64,000 nt of DNA from Octopus sinensis (GCF_006345805.1 NC_043000.1:159402001-159466000), one strand, 5' to 3'; positions 11,176 through 22,636 are shown, counted from the stretch's first letter. A program made the numbers and translations. Notes: generated by a model from the letters alone, not told the origin.

Positions 11176-12329
11176 GGTACTATCTTTGCTCGTGGCATCC
11201 ATCTAACCACTTCCTCTGTTCCCTATCTATACTAACTTTTACTGATTCCATCCCTTTTCGTGTACTACATTCGTTGCTATTAAGGATTCTTATTGATCTC
11301 TCTCTTCCCTTCCTTCTTTCTTACCCTTCTTCTTTATCGTCAGCTGGGACGCATATACTGCTTGTAGAAATGTACTTCAACAAGAGCAGAGAGTATAGCT
11401 TAATTGTATATATATGCCTATTCTATCACGTTTCATTTATACATGCATATATATATATATAGATATATATATATATATATCTGTGTAAATAGGCACTCAC
11501 ACACGCGCATGCGGATATATTTTACGAATTATAACAAAAAATAACATATAATGTATACACAGGCACGTGTGTGTGTGTGTATATGTGTGGATGAGTATGT
11601 GTGAGTGTGTGTCTACACGCGGAAGAGAGAATATGTGTTTTCATAAAGATAAATATAAACAGAAGATAGATTTACATTTGCCTCTCTCCACTGCCAACAT
11701 CCCATTCGCCTCCTTAAGATCATCTCTTTTCCTTCCTTTTCCATAATTTCCTCCTCTCCCACCTTCTCTCTTTTTTCTTTATCGCTTTAAAGTGTTTTCA
11801 TGAATGGAATTTTCTTGTGGCAAACCACATTGGTATCTTTCCATTTTCATTCGTGTGTGTGTGCGTGTGTCTGTTTGTGTATGCGTGTGTTTGCGTGTGT
11901 GTGTGTGTGAGAGAGAGAGGAGAGAGAGAGAGAGAGAGAGAGAGGAGGGGGCTATGAATGAAAGCGCAAGTATAAAAGCGTTTGTTTTGAGTTTGTATGA
12001 ATATCATTATTGTACACTCCTACATCATTTTACTAGTAGAATACCAACATGAAGGGGGTTTTGTTCAATTAAAATCAACACTATTACCTATTTTCCTTCG
12101 ATACTTATTTCAGCGATCTATATTTATCGACGGTTTCGTTACTTTTGGGCGCAAAGAAACTAAATGTAAAGTAAACATAGGGACATTGGACGGAGATAGA
12201 AAGACACAGGTATTATATATAAGGAGCGTCTGCACAATTTTTGTCTACCAATTTTCAGTCACAAAGCACTGGTCAACAAGGGACACAGGGCAATTTGGTG
12301 AAAGCAACAATAATCACACAATGACAACT

Positions 12330-12375
12330 CAAGATATGTTTCGGTTTTATTAGACCTCCTCAGTGAAGCACTGTC
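12330..12375 (-). ncRNA. Degenerate minimal type I hammerhead ribozyme (Penelope-like terminal repeat relic)
   Basis: Minus strand: GACAG-UGC-UUCA CUGAGGA GGU-CUAAUAAA-ACC GAAAC AU AUC U UGAG-UUGUC. A second copy with a destroyed core lies at ~15165-15235. Confidence 0.45.
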
Positions 12376-12499
12376 ACACAACAGAATCGACCACAGAAAC
12401 GAATGAGTGATCCTGTGCCTACCAGTCCGTCTCTCTCTCTCACTCTTCTCGCGCTCACTCTTATGGCTGTGTGCTAAGATAGTTTGCTTCGCATCAACA

Positions 12500-12613
12500 T
12501 GGTTTCGGATACAGTTCCACCGCATGACACTTTGTAGCCCCCAATACTAAGTGAGTGAATTTGGTAGACGGAAACTGTATGAAAGTCCTTCGAATATGTG
12601 TATGTGTGAGTGT

Positions 12614-12644
<31 letters not shown>

Positions 12645-12830
12645 AGTGTGTATCTTTTGAGTTTGTCCTTCACCGCTGACAACTGGTGTTAATTTATTAA
12701 ATCCCCGTAACTTAACAGTTCGGTAAAAACCACTGATAGAATAAGTGAAAGGTTTAAAAATAACAAATACTGGAATTGATTTGCTGGATTAAAACCTTGC
12801 AGTAGGTTCCCTAGTAGTGCAATGGCTTAA
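12500..12830 (+). mobile_element. Degenerate SINE family A
   Basis: GTGAGTGAATTTGGTAGACGGAAACTG, (TG)n, CCCCGTAACTTAAC.GTTCGG..AAA..CTGATAGAATAAGT. Confidence 0.7.
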
Positions 12831-12883
12831 AGAATTTTAAAAAAAAATCACTTATAGTGTGTGTTTATGTATGTATATTATCA

Positions 12884-13092
12884 CGAGCTGGCAGAATCGT
12901 TAGCACGCCGGGCGAAATGCTTAGCTGTATTTCGCCTGCCACTACGTTCTGAGTTCAAATTCCGTTGATGTCGACTTTGCCCTTCATCTTTCCGGGGTCG
13001 ATGAAATATGCACCAGTTACACACTGGGATCGATATAATCGACTAGCCCCCTTGCCCCACAAATTTTCAAGGCCTTATGCCTAGAGTAGAAA
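12884..13092 (+). mobile_element. SINE family B
   Basis: CGAGCTGGCAGAATCGTTAGCACGCCGGGCGAAATGCTTAG...GAGTTCAAATTCCG...AAGGCCTTATGCCTAGAGTAGAAA. Confidence 0.85.
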
Positions 13093-13118
13093 TAACAAAT
13101 ATTATTGTTATCATTATT

Positions 13119-13295
13119 CATGCTGGGGCACTGCCTTGAATCTTTAGTCAAATAAGTCGATCCCAAGACCTATTTTTAAAGCCTGGTACTTATTCTATGG
13201 GCCTCTTTAGCCGAAGCGATAAATTACGAAGATGCAAGCACACCAACACCGGTTTTCAAGCGTTGGTAGTGGGACGAACACAGACAGAAATACAC

Positions 13296-13342
<47 letters not shown>

Positions 13343-13514
13343 CAGACATACATATATAAATGTTTCTTTCAGTTTCCGTCTATCAAATCCGTTCACAAGG
13401 CTTTGGTCGGCCCGAAGCAATAGTAGAAAACACTTGCCTAAGATGCTGCACAGTGGAACTGAACTCAGAACCATGCGTTTGGGAAGCAAGTTTCTTCCTA
13501 CATGGCCACGTCTG
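13119..13514 (-). mobile_element. SINE family A with internal (GATA)n
   Basis: Reverse complement of family A: TTCTTTCAGTTTCCGTCTATCAAATCC...GCTTTGGTCGGCCCG...ACACTTGCC. Confidence 0.8.
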
Positions 13515-13574
13515 ATCTTTCGTCTTTTAGTTGATTCAATCATTATAAAGGAGCAATGTCTTGGGTAATTTTAG

Positions 13575-13701
13575 TAAAGCTAATTGACCCCTGTACTAAT
13601 TTTCTTTTTAAGCCTGTTACTTATTCTATCGGTCTCTTTTGTTCGAGGATGTAAACACACCAACATTGGTTGTCAAGCGGTGGTGGGGGCCAAATACACA
13701 C

Positions 13702-13764
<63 letters not shown>

Positions 13765-13917
13765 GACGGGTTTATTTCACTTCCCGTCCACCAAATCCAC
13801 TTGGTCGCCCCGACGCTATAGTAGAAGACACTTTGCCCAAAGTGACATGCAGAGGGAGTGAACCCGGAATCATGTTGGTTAGTAAGCAATCTTCTTACCA
13901 CACAGCCACACCTGCAC
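13575..13917 (-). mobile_element. SINE family A with internal (TA)n
   Basis: Ends CTTACCACACAGCCACACCTGCAC (reverse complement of the head); TACTTATTCTATCGGTCTCTTTTG tail segment. Confidence 0.8.
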
Positions 13918-13949
13918 TTATATATATATGTGTGTGTGTGGTGTGTGTG

Positions 13950-14310
13950 TGTTGGTGGTGGACTTGGTTACGTGGAAACACATCGTTTCCACGTAAGCTA
14001 CGGTGGCGTTGCTGTTTAGAGACAGTGTTGATGAAGAAGATGGTCGAGATAAATATGAGAAGAGGATAAAATAGTGTCGGTGGTTATAATGGTGACAGGA
14101 GCGGTGTGATGTGTGATGCTGAGGTGATGGCGGTAATAGTGGTGTTGATGATAGTGTTACTTGTGTGATGGTGGTGGTATTGCAGTGGTTATACTGGTTG
14201 TGGTGGTGAAAGTGACTGTCAAGGTAACCGTCATGATAATATTGATGGCGGTGTATGTGGTTGAAGTGGAAGCAATGACAATGCTGTTGATTATGTTGGT
14301 GGTTGTGAAC
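13950..14310. repeat. G/T-rich decayed trinucleotide low-complexity tract
   Basis: Interleaved GGT/GAT/GTT runs; similar tracts at ~45760-46625 and ~50330-50580. Confidence 0.7.
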
Positions 14311-14384
14311 TGCTTCAGATGATACCTGTTTTTAAAGGTTTTTTTTTTCTTTTCTTAAAATCGCATGGGTGTGTTATTTTTTTT

Positions 14385-14515
14385 TTACCCCCACCAAGGA
14401 GGTTATGTTTTTGCCGGCGTTGGTTTGGGAAATTAGGCGATTTCAGCATGCGCGTATATGGGTGGATATGAGCTGTTTGGCGGAGGTCTGCGCTCTCCGA
14501 TTGCTTTTTTTAGTT
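14385..14515 (+). mobile_element. Small Helentron/HINE-like non-autonomous element
   Basis: TTACCCCCACCAAGGAGGTTATGTTTT ... TGGCGGAGGTCTGCGCTCTCCGATTGC...TAGTT resembles the subterminal-inverted-repeat architecture (CCTCCGCCA/TGGCGGAGG) I know from Helentron-associated elements. Confidence 0.5.
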
Positions 14516-16519
14516 TATGCATGTTTTTCGTCCATATGTAGGCACGTCAAATGCAGTTTGATAAACGTTGTTTTATAGTTAAAGTAAAATGAAAGTAAAT
14601 AAATAAATAAGTTATGAAGCTATAGATAAATAAACGTGAGTACAGAAAAGTTTAATGATAATAATAATAATAATGATGATGATGGTGATGATAATGATAA
14701 TGTACAGCAACAAATTTGCAAACAGGCAAAAAGAAAGAGTTTACGTAGTGAAATGAGTAGAAATAATGGAACGTGACATATTTAGATTTAAACCAAGACA
14801 TGTTTTGTTAAAAATTAGGGTTCTGAAATCATTTCAAGTATATTAATTCACATATTGAAATATGATACCTGGAGACATTCGCGTCTAGTATAGATAAAGG
14901 ATGAAATATGTTAGCAGGTAAAAAACAAAAAAAAAAAAAAAAAAACAAGAATGACCTCTCAAATTAAAAATATTTTGTAAAATATGGGTTCACAGTTAAT
15001 GCGATGAATATGATAACTTTAATTAATCAAGACTATACCTATATTGAGTAAAGGCAAACAATTTTTTAAACACTGGTTCAAACCAAAATAAAGGAGACAA
15101 TTCGAAACCCAAAATGTTGTTTTGAAATGGGTTTCGAAATCCCAATTAATTAAAATGGAAATAAAGAAGTTGGTGAAAACAACAATAATCTCACAGTGAC
15201 GACTCAAGATATGTTTCGGTTATGTTAGACCTGTAATTCTTGAAGCAGCCAGATCGATGGAGAGAACGATGTACAAGGCCTTAGAACTGACAAACGCCTT
15301 AGAACGTTTAACAAAATTTCTTAAGGTACATATTTTGGTTCTTTGCTTCCTGAGTTGAAATCGCGCCATGATTAATTTGCCTTTCATCCTTCTGGAATCA
15401 ATAAAGATAAATAACGGATAAGGTATCTTGTGTGATATCTTGCATTATCTTTTTCCAGATCTTCCCCATCTGAGTTCAAATCCAGCCGAGATCTACCAGA
15501 ATGGTAGACTTAACCAGTCACACTTTCAACATCATCTGGCACTTCGGGTGCCTTTAGCGGAGTGCACTCTCTTGGAAAGCTGTCGCTCTAGGATTCTAAT
15601 TGCAGATTTATTTTCCCCTTCTAACTCATGAAACAGAACGTTTCTGTTAGATAGTCACAGGCATTACTTGCCTTCCCGACTGAATGAGCGATAAAAAATT
15701 TCACAATTAAAATCCCAAGGATAGAATTCAGAAACAGATAACTGGTCTGCGGAAAGGAGTATTCAGAGTCCTAGACCTCTCCTACAATATGCACTGCTTT
15801 CTCTCACTATAACTATCACATACTTCTTCAATATTTTCTACAACATTCTCCAGCCATCAGCCCTCGTCGAAAAATTATAATTAATAACTTGCAAACAAGA
15901 AATGTATAGATTTACGATCAAGCGTGTTACTGAGCAAAGTTTGAAACATTCCACACCAAACCATGTGGCAAGACATAATTCCACACAAGTCTTTCAGCAA
16001 ACATTTTCTATCATTGTTTGTTCAGGAAGTTAACTTTACGCGCTCCTTTACTGAATATCCGTTTCGTGTTTTTCATAGGATTAAGTAATTTTGCTTAAGT
16101 TACTTGAGGCACCATGCCCCTCCAATTTTAGTGAACCCTGTGCTCAACTAGTTTGCGTATAACGTAATGCGAGCCTGCCCGAGGGAATTTGTATATGAAT
16201 GTAAGGCAATGTAATCGATTTAGTCTGACTTCTGTGTTTTAGTATCTGTCGTAATTCAATACGATCAAAACGATGTCTATTACAGATTTCAAAGTTAAAC
16301 TCAAGTGGAAGTATGAAAGTATGGAAGGCGAATTGCTTAAATAAATTTAGATGAAAAGGTTTGGTTTTCTTTAACACCATATGATATTACTTGGATGTAC
16401 ATTCTATTATGTCTACAACCAAGATCATCTTCATCGTACGAATATAAACAACTACTTACCCAGAAATTACCAAGGGTGAAAGAGGGCCATTACACTTTCT
16501 GATATTGAGAATATCAGTG

Positions 16520-16551
16520 ACTTACCTGAAACGAGATAGAAACAGAAAAAA
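16520..16551 (-). promoter_or_regulatory. Juxtaposed 3'/5' splice site (recursive-splice-site-like)
   Basis: Minus strand TTTTTTCTGTTTCTATCTCGTTTCAG|GTAAGT, junction between 16526 and 16525. Confidence 0.4.
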
Positions 16552-16898
16552 TATTTAAAAAAATACTATTGTTAGGCCATGCGAAAAATGAACAGCTCCG
16601 GAATGTATCATACACCTAATAAAAAGAAACCTATGTCTCCTACAAATGTACACATGAGAGAGAAAGGGAGAGAAAGGGAAATGGAGAACGAGAGATATAT
16701 TATTTGATGCCGTAAAATGCAACTTGTTTTATTGTGACTTTTCTCAAAACACTGTCTAGACGTCAACAACATAGTCTTGAATTAAGTCACGCCAACGAAA
16801 TCAATATACACGAAAAGCTATACACACACACACATACATACATATATACACTCACATATGTATATATAGAAAGAGGTACATATATACGTATATAGACA

Positions 16899-16932
<34 letters not shown>

Positions 16933-17209
16933 TGGATACTTTTAATAATTGATTATTAAGTATAAATACATGAAAAGTTAGTTAATAACAAATTTTTCAA
17001 ATTCAAATTATTATATTATTAGTACTTTTTACATGTATATATATATATACATACATACATACCCACTCACATATATATGTATATATAAACACACATACAT
17101 ACATATATATTGATAAAAATGGTAAGACAACAAAAGAATGAAAGAGACCTCGATATTATGTAAATAGAGGAATTTATTTGTAAATGTAATATGTGACAAT
17201 TATTTGGTA

Positions 17210-17277
17210 GCCATGATAAAACTGAGTTTCGGATGTCGGGGTGGAAATCCATGCCGCCATTTCTTCAGTTATCCGGC
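17210..17277 (-). ncRNA. Type I hammerhead ribozyme motif (mirror copy)
   Basis: Minus: GCCG-GAUAA CUGAAGA AAUGGCGG...CCGACAUCC GAAAC UCA GUU UUAUC-A-UGGC. The first stem II pair is altered. Confidence 0.5.
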
Positions 17278-17290
17278 CATCGAAAAAAAT

Positions 17291-17366
17291 GCTATGACTG
17301 GATAACTGAAGAGATGGTGGCGTGGATTTCCATTCCGACATCCGAAACTCAGAGTTTTATCATGGC
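17291..17366 (+). ncRNA. Type I hammerhead ribozyme motif
   Basis: Stem I GCUAU-(GACUG)-GAUAA / UUAUC-AUGGC; core CUGAAGA (17306-12); stem II GAUGGUGG...CCGACAUC plus one extra C; GAAA (17344-47); stem III ACU-CAG-AGU; GUU triplet with predicted cut after 17356. Confidence 0.6.
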
Positions 17367-17404
17367 TACCGAATAATTGTCACATATTACATTACAGATA
17401 TATA

Positions 17405-17447
<43 letters not shown>

Positions 17448-17472
17448 CACATCTATATATATATGCATATCT

Positions 17473-17843
17473 GGCGCAGGAGTGGCTGTGTGGTAAGTAG
17501 CTTGCTAACCAACCACATAGCTCCGGGTTCAGTCCCACTGCGTGGCATCTTGGGCAAGTGTCTTTTGCTATAGCCCCGGGCCGACCAATGCCTTGTGAGT
17601 GAATTTGGTAGACGGAAACTGAAAGAAGCCTGTCGTATATATATGTGTGTGTGTCTGTCCCCCTAGCATTGTTTGACAACTGATGCTGGTGTGTTTACGT
17701 CCCCGTCACCTAGCGGTTCGGCAAAAGAATAAGTACTGGGCTTACAAAGAATAAGTCCCGGGGTCGATTTGCTCGACTAAAGGCGGTGCTCCAGCATGGC
17801 CGCAGTCAAATGACTGAAACAAGTAAAAGAGTAAAAGAGAGTA
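17473..17843 (+). mobile_element. SINE family A, full length
   Basis: Head to AAGTAAAAGAGTA tail; same subfamily diagnostics (GGCATCTTGGG, CCAATGCC) as the 1803 and 6131 copies. Confidence 0.9.
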
Positions 17844-19270
17844 TCTTAGCTATTAGTGACGAACACTGCGTCCTCTACCCCCATTTCCCCAACAATAACG
17901 ATTTTGTTTTTATGATCTCTCATCCCGAAATTTAGATCACTGATAAAACTATCTTTGAATATTACATTATATATGACCTTCTTGTTTTTTTTTGTTTTGC
18001 TGTATATGTTACTTTGCCGAATACGTAGCATTGTACTTACGATAAGCTATTATTATATTAAATTACATAAGAATAAATATTTGTTTATCTCACTCTTTAT
18101 TTTCGATGGGCTTAATAGCCAACAACTTGCTTGTTTATTTATTGCTCTTTTCTTTTATTCCCCCAGTTTGGGGTAAAAAAACACACGTATGACTTCTGTA
18201 ACTTATCTGGGAGTGTGAACTCTCATATATTCATGTTCTATCCTGAAATAAAATGTTATCTCTAGTCCATTTTTCTCTCCGAAACCGGAGTCAAGCACCT
18301 GTCTTCAAAGGCTCAGGGGGTATTTAAATTCATATTTGTTCAAAGAACTAAGATAGCAGAGTCGACTAAGCTATCAGCGTAGGGGCAATGATGTGTATCC
18401 CGACAAAGAGATTATGTTTCTTCATGGCCAAGATACTCCACTTTCGACAGCTTAGTTCTGTTCACTGTAAATGGGTACACTACAATAGATACAATACATT
18501 GTATTCAACCACAATAGCATTGTAAAATCGACGATGGTTTCTTATCTAAATGTTCTGAGTTCAAATATATTAGTCCACATAGCTATTAAAAGAGATGAGC
18601 ATTACCATTTTAATTCGCACCCGATTCGTGATTCTAACCTCCGTTAATGCCATTTTAATGAACCTTTTTTCTTAGAGAACAGACATCACTTTGCAGTGAA
18701 GCCTTCTCTCCAACGTACTTACGTTATTGCAAGAAATTGGAAGAATACATGGATAGAGGCAGCAAAAGAAAAATTGCAAAATAAATTGAACCAAGCATTA
18801 ATTTTCCCTGTCTAAATATTTAAATACGTTAGTCTGACTCATCAATTTTTCAGTATCAAACACGCTCACACACTTGCATATAATGACAAATAATCATGTC
18901 GAACTGGTCTAATGTTCAACGTGCAGATCAAATTTAAAGAAGACAACCTGAGTAAAATAGCCGTTCATACCCACTGTGAAGTATATTAATGACGTTACTG
19001 AAGTGGAAATGGAACAGCTGATTATAATCATATACACACAATGGCAGCAGATATACTCGAGGCACCATATAAATATGTTTAAATAAGCACGTGTATGTGT
19101 GTTTGTGTGGGGTGGTGGGGTGAGTGCACGCGTATTTTTACGAATTTGCTCAAATGTTGACGTATCTATAAATAAAAGCCGGTGAAATATTAGTTGAAAC
19201 TTCTGACGCGCACAAAGTTTATTTACCCGTATGTTAGGAGCCGTGGTATATATATATAGGTGTGTGTGTA

Positions 19271-19313
<43 letters not shown>

Positions 19314-19539
19314 GGCGAACTGGCAGAAACGTTAGCACGCCGGGCGAAATGCGTAGCCGTATTTCGTCTGCCGTTACGTTCCGAGTTCAAATTCCGCCGA
19401 GGTCGACTTTGCCTTTCATCCTTTCGGGGTCGATTAACTAAGTACCAGTTACGCACCGGTGTCGATATAATCGACTTAATCCGTTTGTCTGTCCTTGTTT
19501 GTCACCTGTGTGTAGCCCCTTGAGGGAACTAAAGAAATA
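19314..19539 (+). mobile_element. SINE family B monomer (long-tail subfamily)
   Basis: Head to AAAGAAATA; flanks GGTATATATATAT at 19245 and 19540. Confidence 0.9.
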
Positions 19540-19574
19540 GGTATATATATATGTGTGTGTATGGAGGGGGGTGT

Positions 19575-19950
19575 TCTTTTATTCTGTTACATGTTCCAGC
19601 CATTTGACTGTGGCCATGCTTGGGCACCGCCTTTTAGGCGAACAAATCGACCCCTGGACTTATTCTTTGTAAGCATGGTGCTTATTCTACCGGTCTTTTC
19701 TGCGGAACCGTTAAGTTACGGGGATATAAACACACCAGCATTGGTTGTCAAGCGATAGTAGCGGGGGGGGGGGCAAACAGACACAAAAACACACATAAAC
19801 ATATACATATATTTACATATATACGACGAGGTTCTTTCAGTTTCTGTCTACTAGATCCACTCACAAGGCTTTGGTTGACCCGAGAATATAGTAGAAGACA
19901 CTTGACCCGAGAATATAGTAGAAGACACGTTGTCCGAAAGAATAGTTCAT
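19575..19950 (-). mobile_element. SINE family A (head truncated), with internal 27-bp tandem duplication
   Basis: CATTTGACTGTGGCCATGC tail; GACCCGAGAATATAGTAGAAGACAC occurs twice at ~19877-19928. Confidence 0.8.
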
Positions 19951-20019
19951 GTTCCATGTACTTGTGCTTCGAACATTTTTGCTGTGCACATCTCGTGACG
20001 TCCTGTGTCTACACATGCA

Positions 20020-20051
<32 letters not shown>

Positions 20052-20166
20052 CATATATATGTATAGATGTATGTACATATTCATATGCATATATATATAT
20101 TATTTCTATTATTATATGACTGAACGCCACGCATCCTCTTCCATATGTATATATATATATACATGT

Positions 20167-20498
20167 GAAGGCGCATGGCTCAGTGGTTAGAGCGTCGAGT
20201 TTACGATCGTGAGGTTGTGAGCTCGAATCCCGGACCGGGCTGCGTGTTGTGTTCTTGAGCAAGGCACTTTATTTCACGTTGCTCTAGTTCACTCAGCTGT
20301 AGAAATGAGTTGCGACGTCACTGGTGCCAAGCTGTATCGACCTTTGTCTTTCCCTTGGATAACACTGGTGGCGTGGAGAGGGGAGGCTGGTATGCATGGG
20401 CGACTGCTGGCCTTCCATAAACAACCTTGCCCGGACTTGTCTAGGAGGGTAACTTTCTAGGTGCAAACCCATGGTCATTCATGACCGAAGGGGGTCTT
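20167..20498 (+). mobile_element. tRNA-derived SINE family C with CORE-like central domain
   Basis: GGCGCATGGCTCAGTGGTTAGAGCG...GCTCGAATCCC head, then GTGTTCTTGAGCAAGGCACTTTATTTCAC...CACTCAGCTGTAGAAATGAGT, resembling the CORE domain. Confidence 0.8.
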
Positions 20499-20660
20499 AA
20501 TATTAATTTTATTGTATCGCATTTATCTTTGTTTATATATATATATATATGAGTGAAGGAAATATATACAAACACGCGCGTGCATTTGTATTTCAGCAAT
20601 TACGTATATAGGTAATTATTCTCAAATTTCTCAATGCCTCCAAAGTACCAAAATGCAATA

Positions 20661-20696
<36 letters not shown>

Positions 20697-21131
20697 ATGA
20701 TTATTTAAAGTGAATATTTATCTCACGACTCGAGTTTTACACCGCTGTGAGCATACATATTATGTGTCTAAGAGAAGAGAGGGCTCGCATGCTTGATTTT
20801 GCCTGTGCAGATGAATGAGAGAGAAAGAGAGAGAGAGTGAGAGAGAGAGAGAGTGGTATTTTAGGAAGGAAGACTTTAGAATTAATTTCCTTATTGTTGT
20901 GACGAAACCATCACTGCCATTATTCCAAGTTTCTCCTTATCACCATTTTCTTCAGTGGCTTCCCTAACTCGAGTGATACCATTAACTTTGAACTCAAAGA
21001 TTAATTTTACTACCGTTTGGAGTTTTTATTATCTTACGTGTATTTTTCTTGCATCATTGGTCACTATCTATCGGGTTTCAAATTAAAGAATATAAACTAT
21101 ATATATATATATATATGTGTGTGTGTATACA

Positions 21132-21198
<67 letters not shown>

Positions 21199-21500
21199 GC
21201 GTGAGGGAGAGAAAGATAGAGAGTCCGTTACTACGCGCGCGCATACACACACCCACACATACAGGATTATTTCAAAATAAAAAAATGGCGACGAATCGAA
21301 TGCTAAATAAGTAATAAAAAAAAATCTAATACTGCTTATGGGTCTAATATCTATAAGATCCTGAATCCATAGAAACTGTCGGTGGTCGTGTCGGCAAAAG
21401 TTAATCCTTAAAAGTTCGCAGAACAAAAACATATACAAGTCAGTTGTTTTGCCGTAGGCAGTAAACAATAATAATAATAATAATAATTATAATAATAATA

Positions 21501-21542
<42 letters not shown>

Positions 21543-22320
21543 GTCTTTTGATATTTTTATTTCTTTTTCTTTTTGCAACAAACTTCATTGAAAACATCGT
21601 AACTGCACTCGTATCGCACATATGTCCGCCAGATAGAAATAGTTGAAAAAACATAGGCTGCACGCGCCACCGTCATCACAGAGATAAAAATTAGGTAAGA
21701 AAGCAAAAGAACGTGAATAAATAAGGAAACATATATATAAACATAGGGAATAAAATTGGGAAATGAAAAATTTATTCGAGGTTGAGAATGTTTCTTTTGA
21801 GGCACAATTATAGTTCATTGTATGTCTTTAGGGAAAGAGAGAGGAGGAGGAGAAACAAACATAGCCGAGAGATGCAATAGATATAGTACACGTATGTAAA
21901 AGAAATATATTTACATGAAAAATATACGTAAAGGAGATTCACACACATATATGGAATGGATTTTCGAGTCAAATAGGTAGTTTGTATGCTGTCGCTTAAT
22001 CTGCTAAATATGGCAACCGAATCCTCTCCAAATCACATACTACAGTTTTGAAAAGAGATGTGGCGGACAATAGTCACTGCTACGCAGCTATATCAACATA
22101 TGAGATAGTCATGGTTGGAAGAACTTTAATCGGAGATATTTTTGACCAGGTTGTGGGCAAAAAGAACAAAGATGTCTTATAAATGATGTAAGTCGAATTC
22201 TCGAGTTTCGTGAGTGTGCATCTTTATAAAGACTAAAATTTGGTACAGACATTTTATACGAGCTTGGTGATTCTCTCTGGTTAAGGGTGTACCTAGTTGA
22301 CTTCTATTATCTTTAAGGGG

Positions 22321-22636
22321 CTTATCGTGGTTCGGTCATGCGGCCCGGCGTCCAGAGGGTGAGCTGATTCGCGATGTCCTCCTCCACTTCCCAACTGGCA
22401 CAAACGCAAGGGCGGGCAGCTGAAGACTCGGGCAACGACGATAAAGGAGGACCTCTCTGAACTTTCAGGTCCGCAGGTGGTCGGTCAGCGCAGATGGAAC
22501 CGTGAATGGCTCGCTATCTCCAGTGACCTCGCACAGGACCGTCGAGCGCGGACCGCCATGGTTCATGATGCCGTCAGGACCAGAGAAGAAGTCCGCTCAA
22601 CCCGCCCTGGGTGAACGCCGTCACAAGTACAAGTAC
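22321..22636 (+). mobile_element. RTE-clade LINE 3' end
   Basis: LSWFGHAARRPEGELIRDVLL/..WHKRKGGQLKTRATTIKEDLSELSGPQVVGQRRWNREWLAISSDLAQDRRARTAMVHDAVRTREEVRSTRPG* (stop 22612-14), then a CAAGTACAAGTAC tail. Confidence 0.85.

Larger units (their letters stand above)
17107..17396. mobile_element. Inverted pair of Penelope-like terminal-repeat relics in TA microsatellite
   Basis: Arms 17179-17280 and 17294-17396 are imperfect reverse complements with a 13-nt spacer; each arm holds a hammerhead core. Confidence 0.65.

Noticed and set aside
11344-11392. Exon candidate after a long pyrimidine tract (WDAYTACRNVLQQEQR); similar cases at 22838-22902 and 49285-49354
   Set aside because: Weak donors, no recognisable peptide, and no consistent phase chain could be built.
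20167-20240. SINE heads as true tRNA genes (also 1803, 30930, 44661)
   Set aside because: A and B boxes are present but acceptor stems do not close, and each head continues into a SINE body, some with TSDs.
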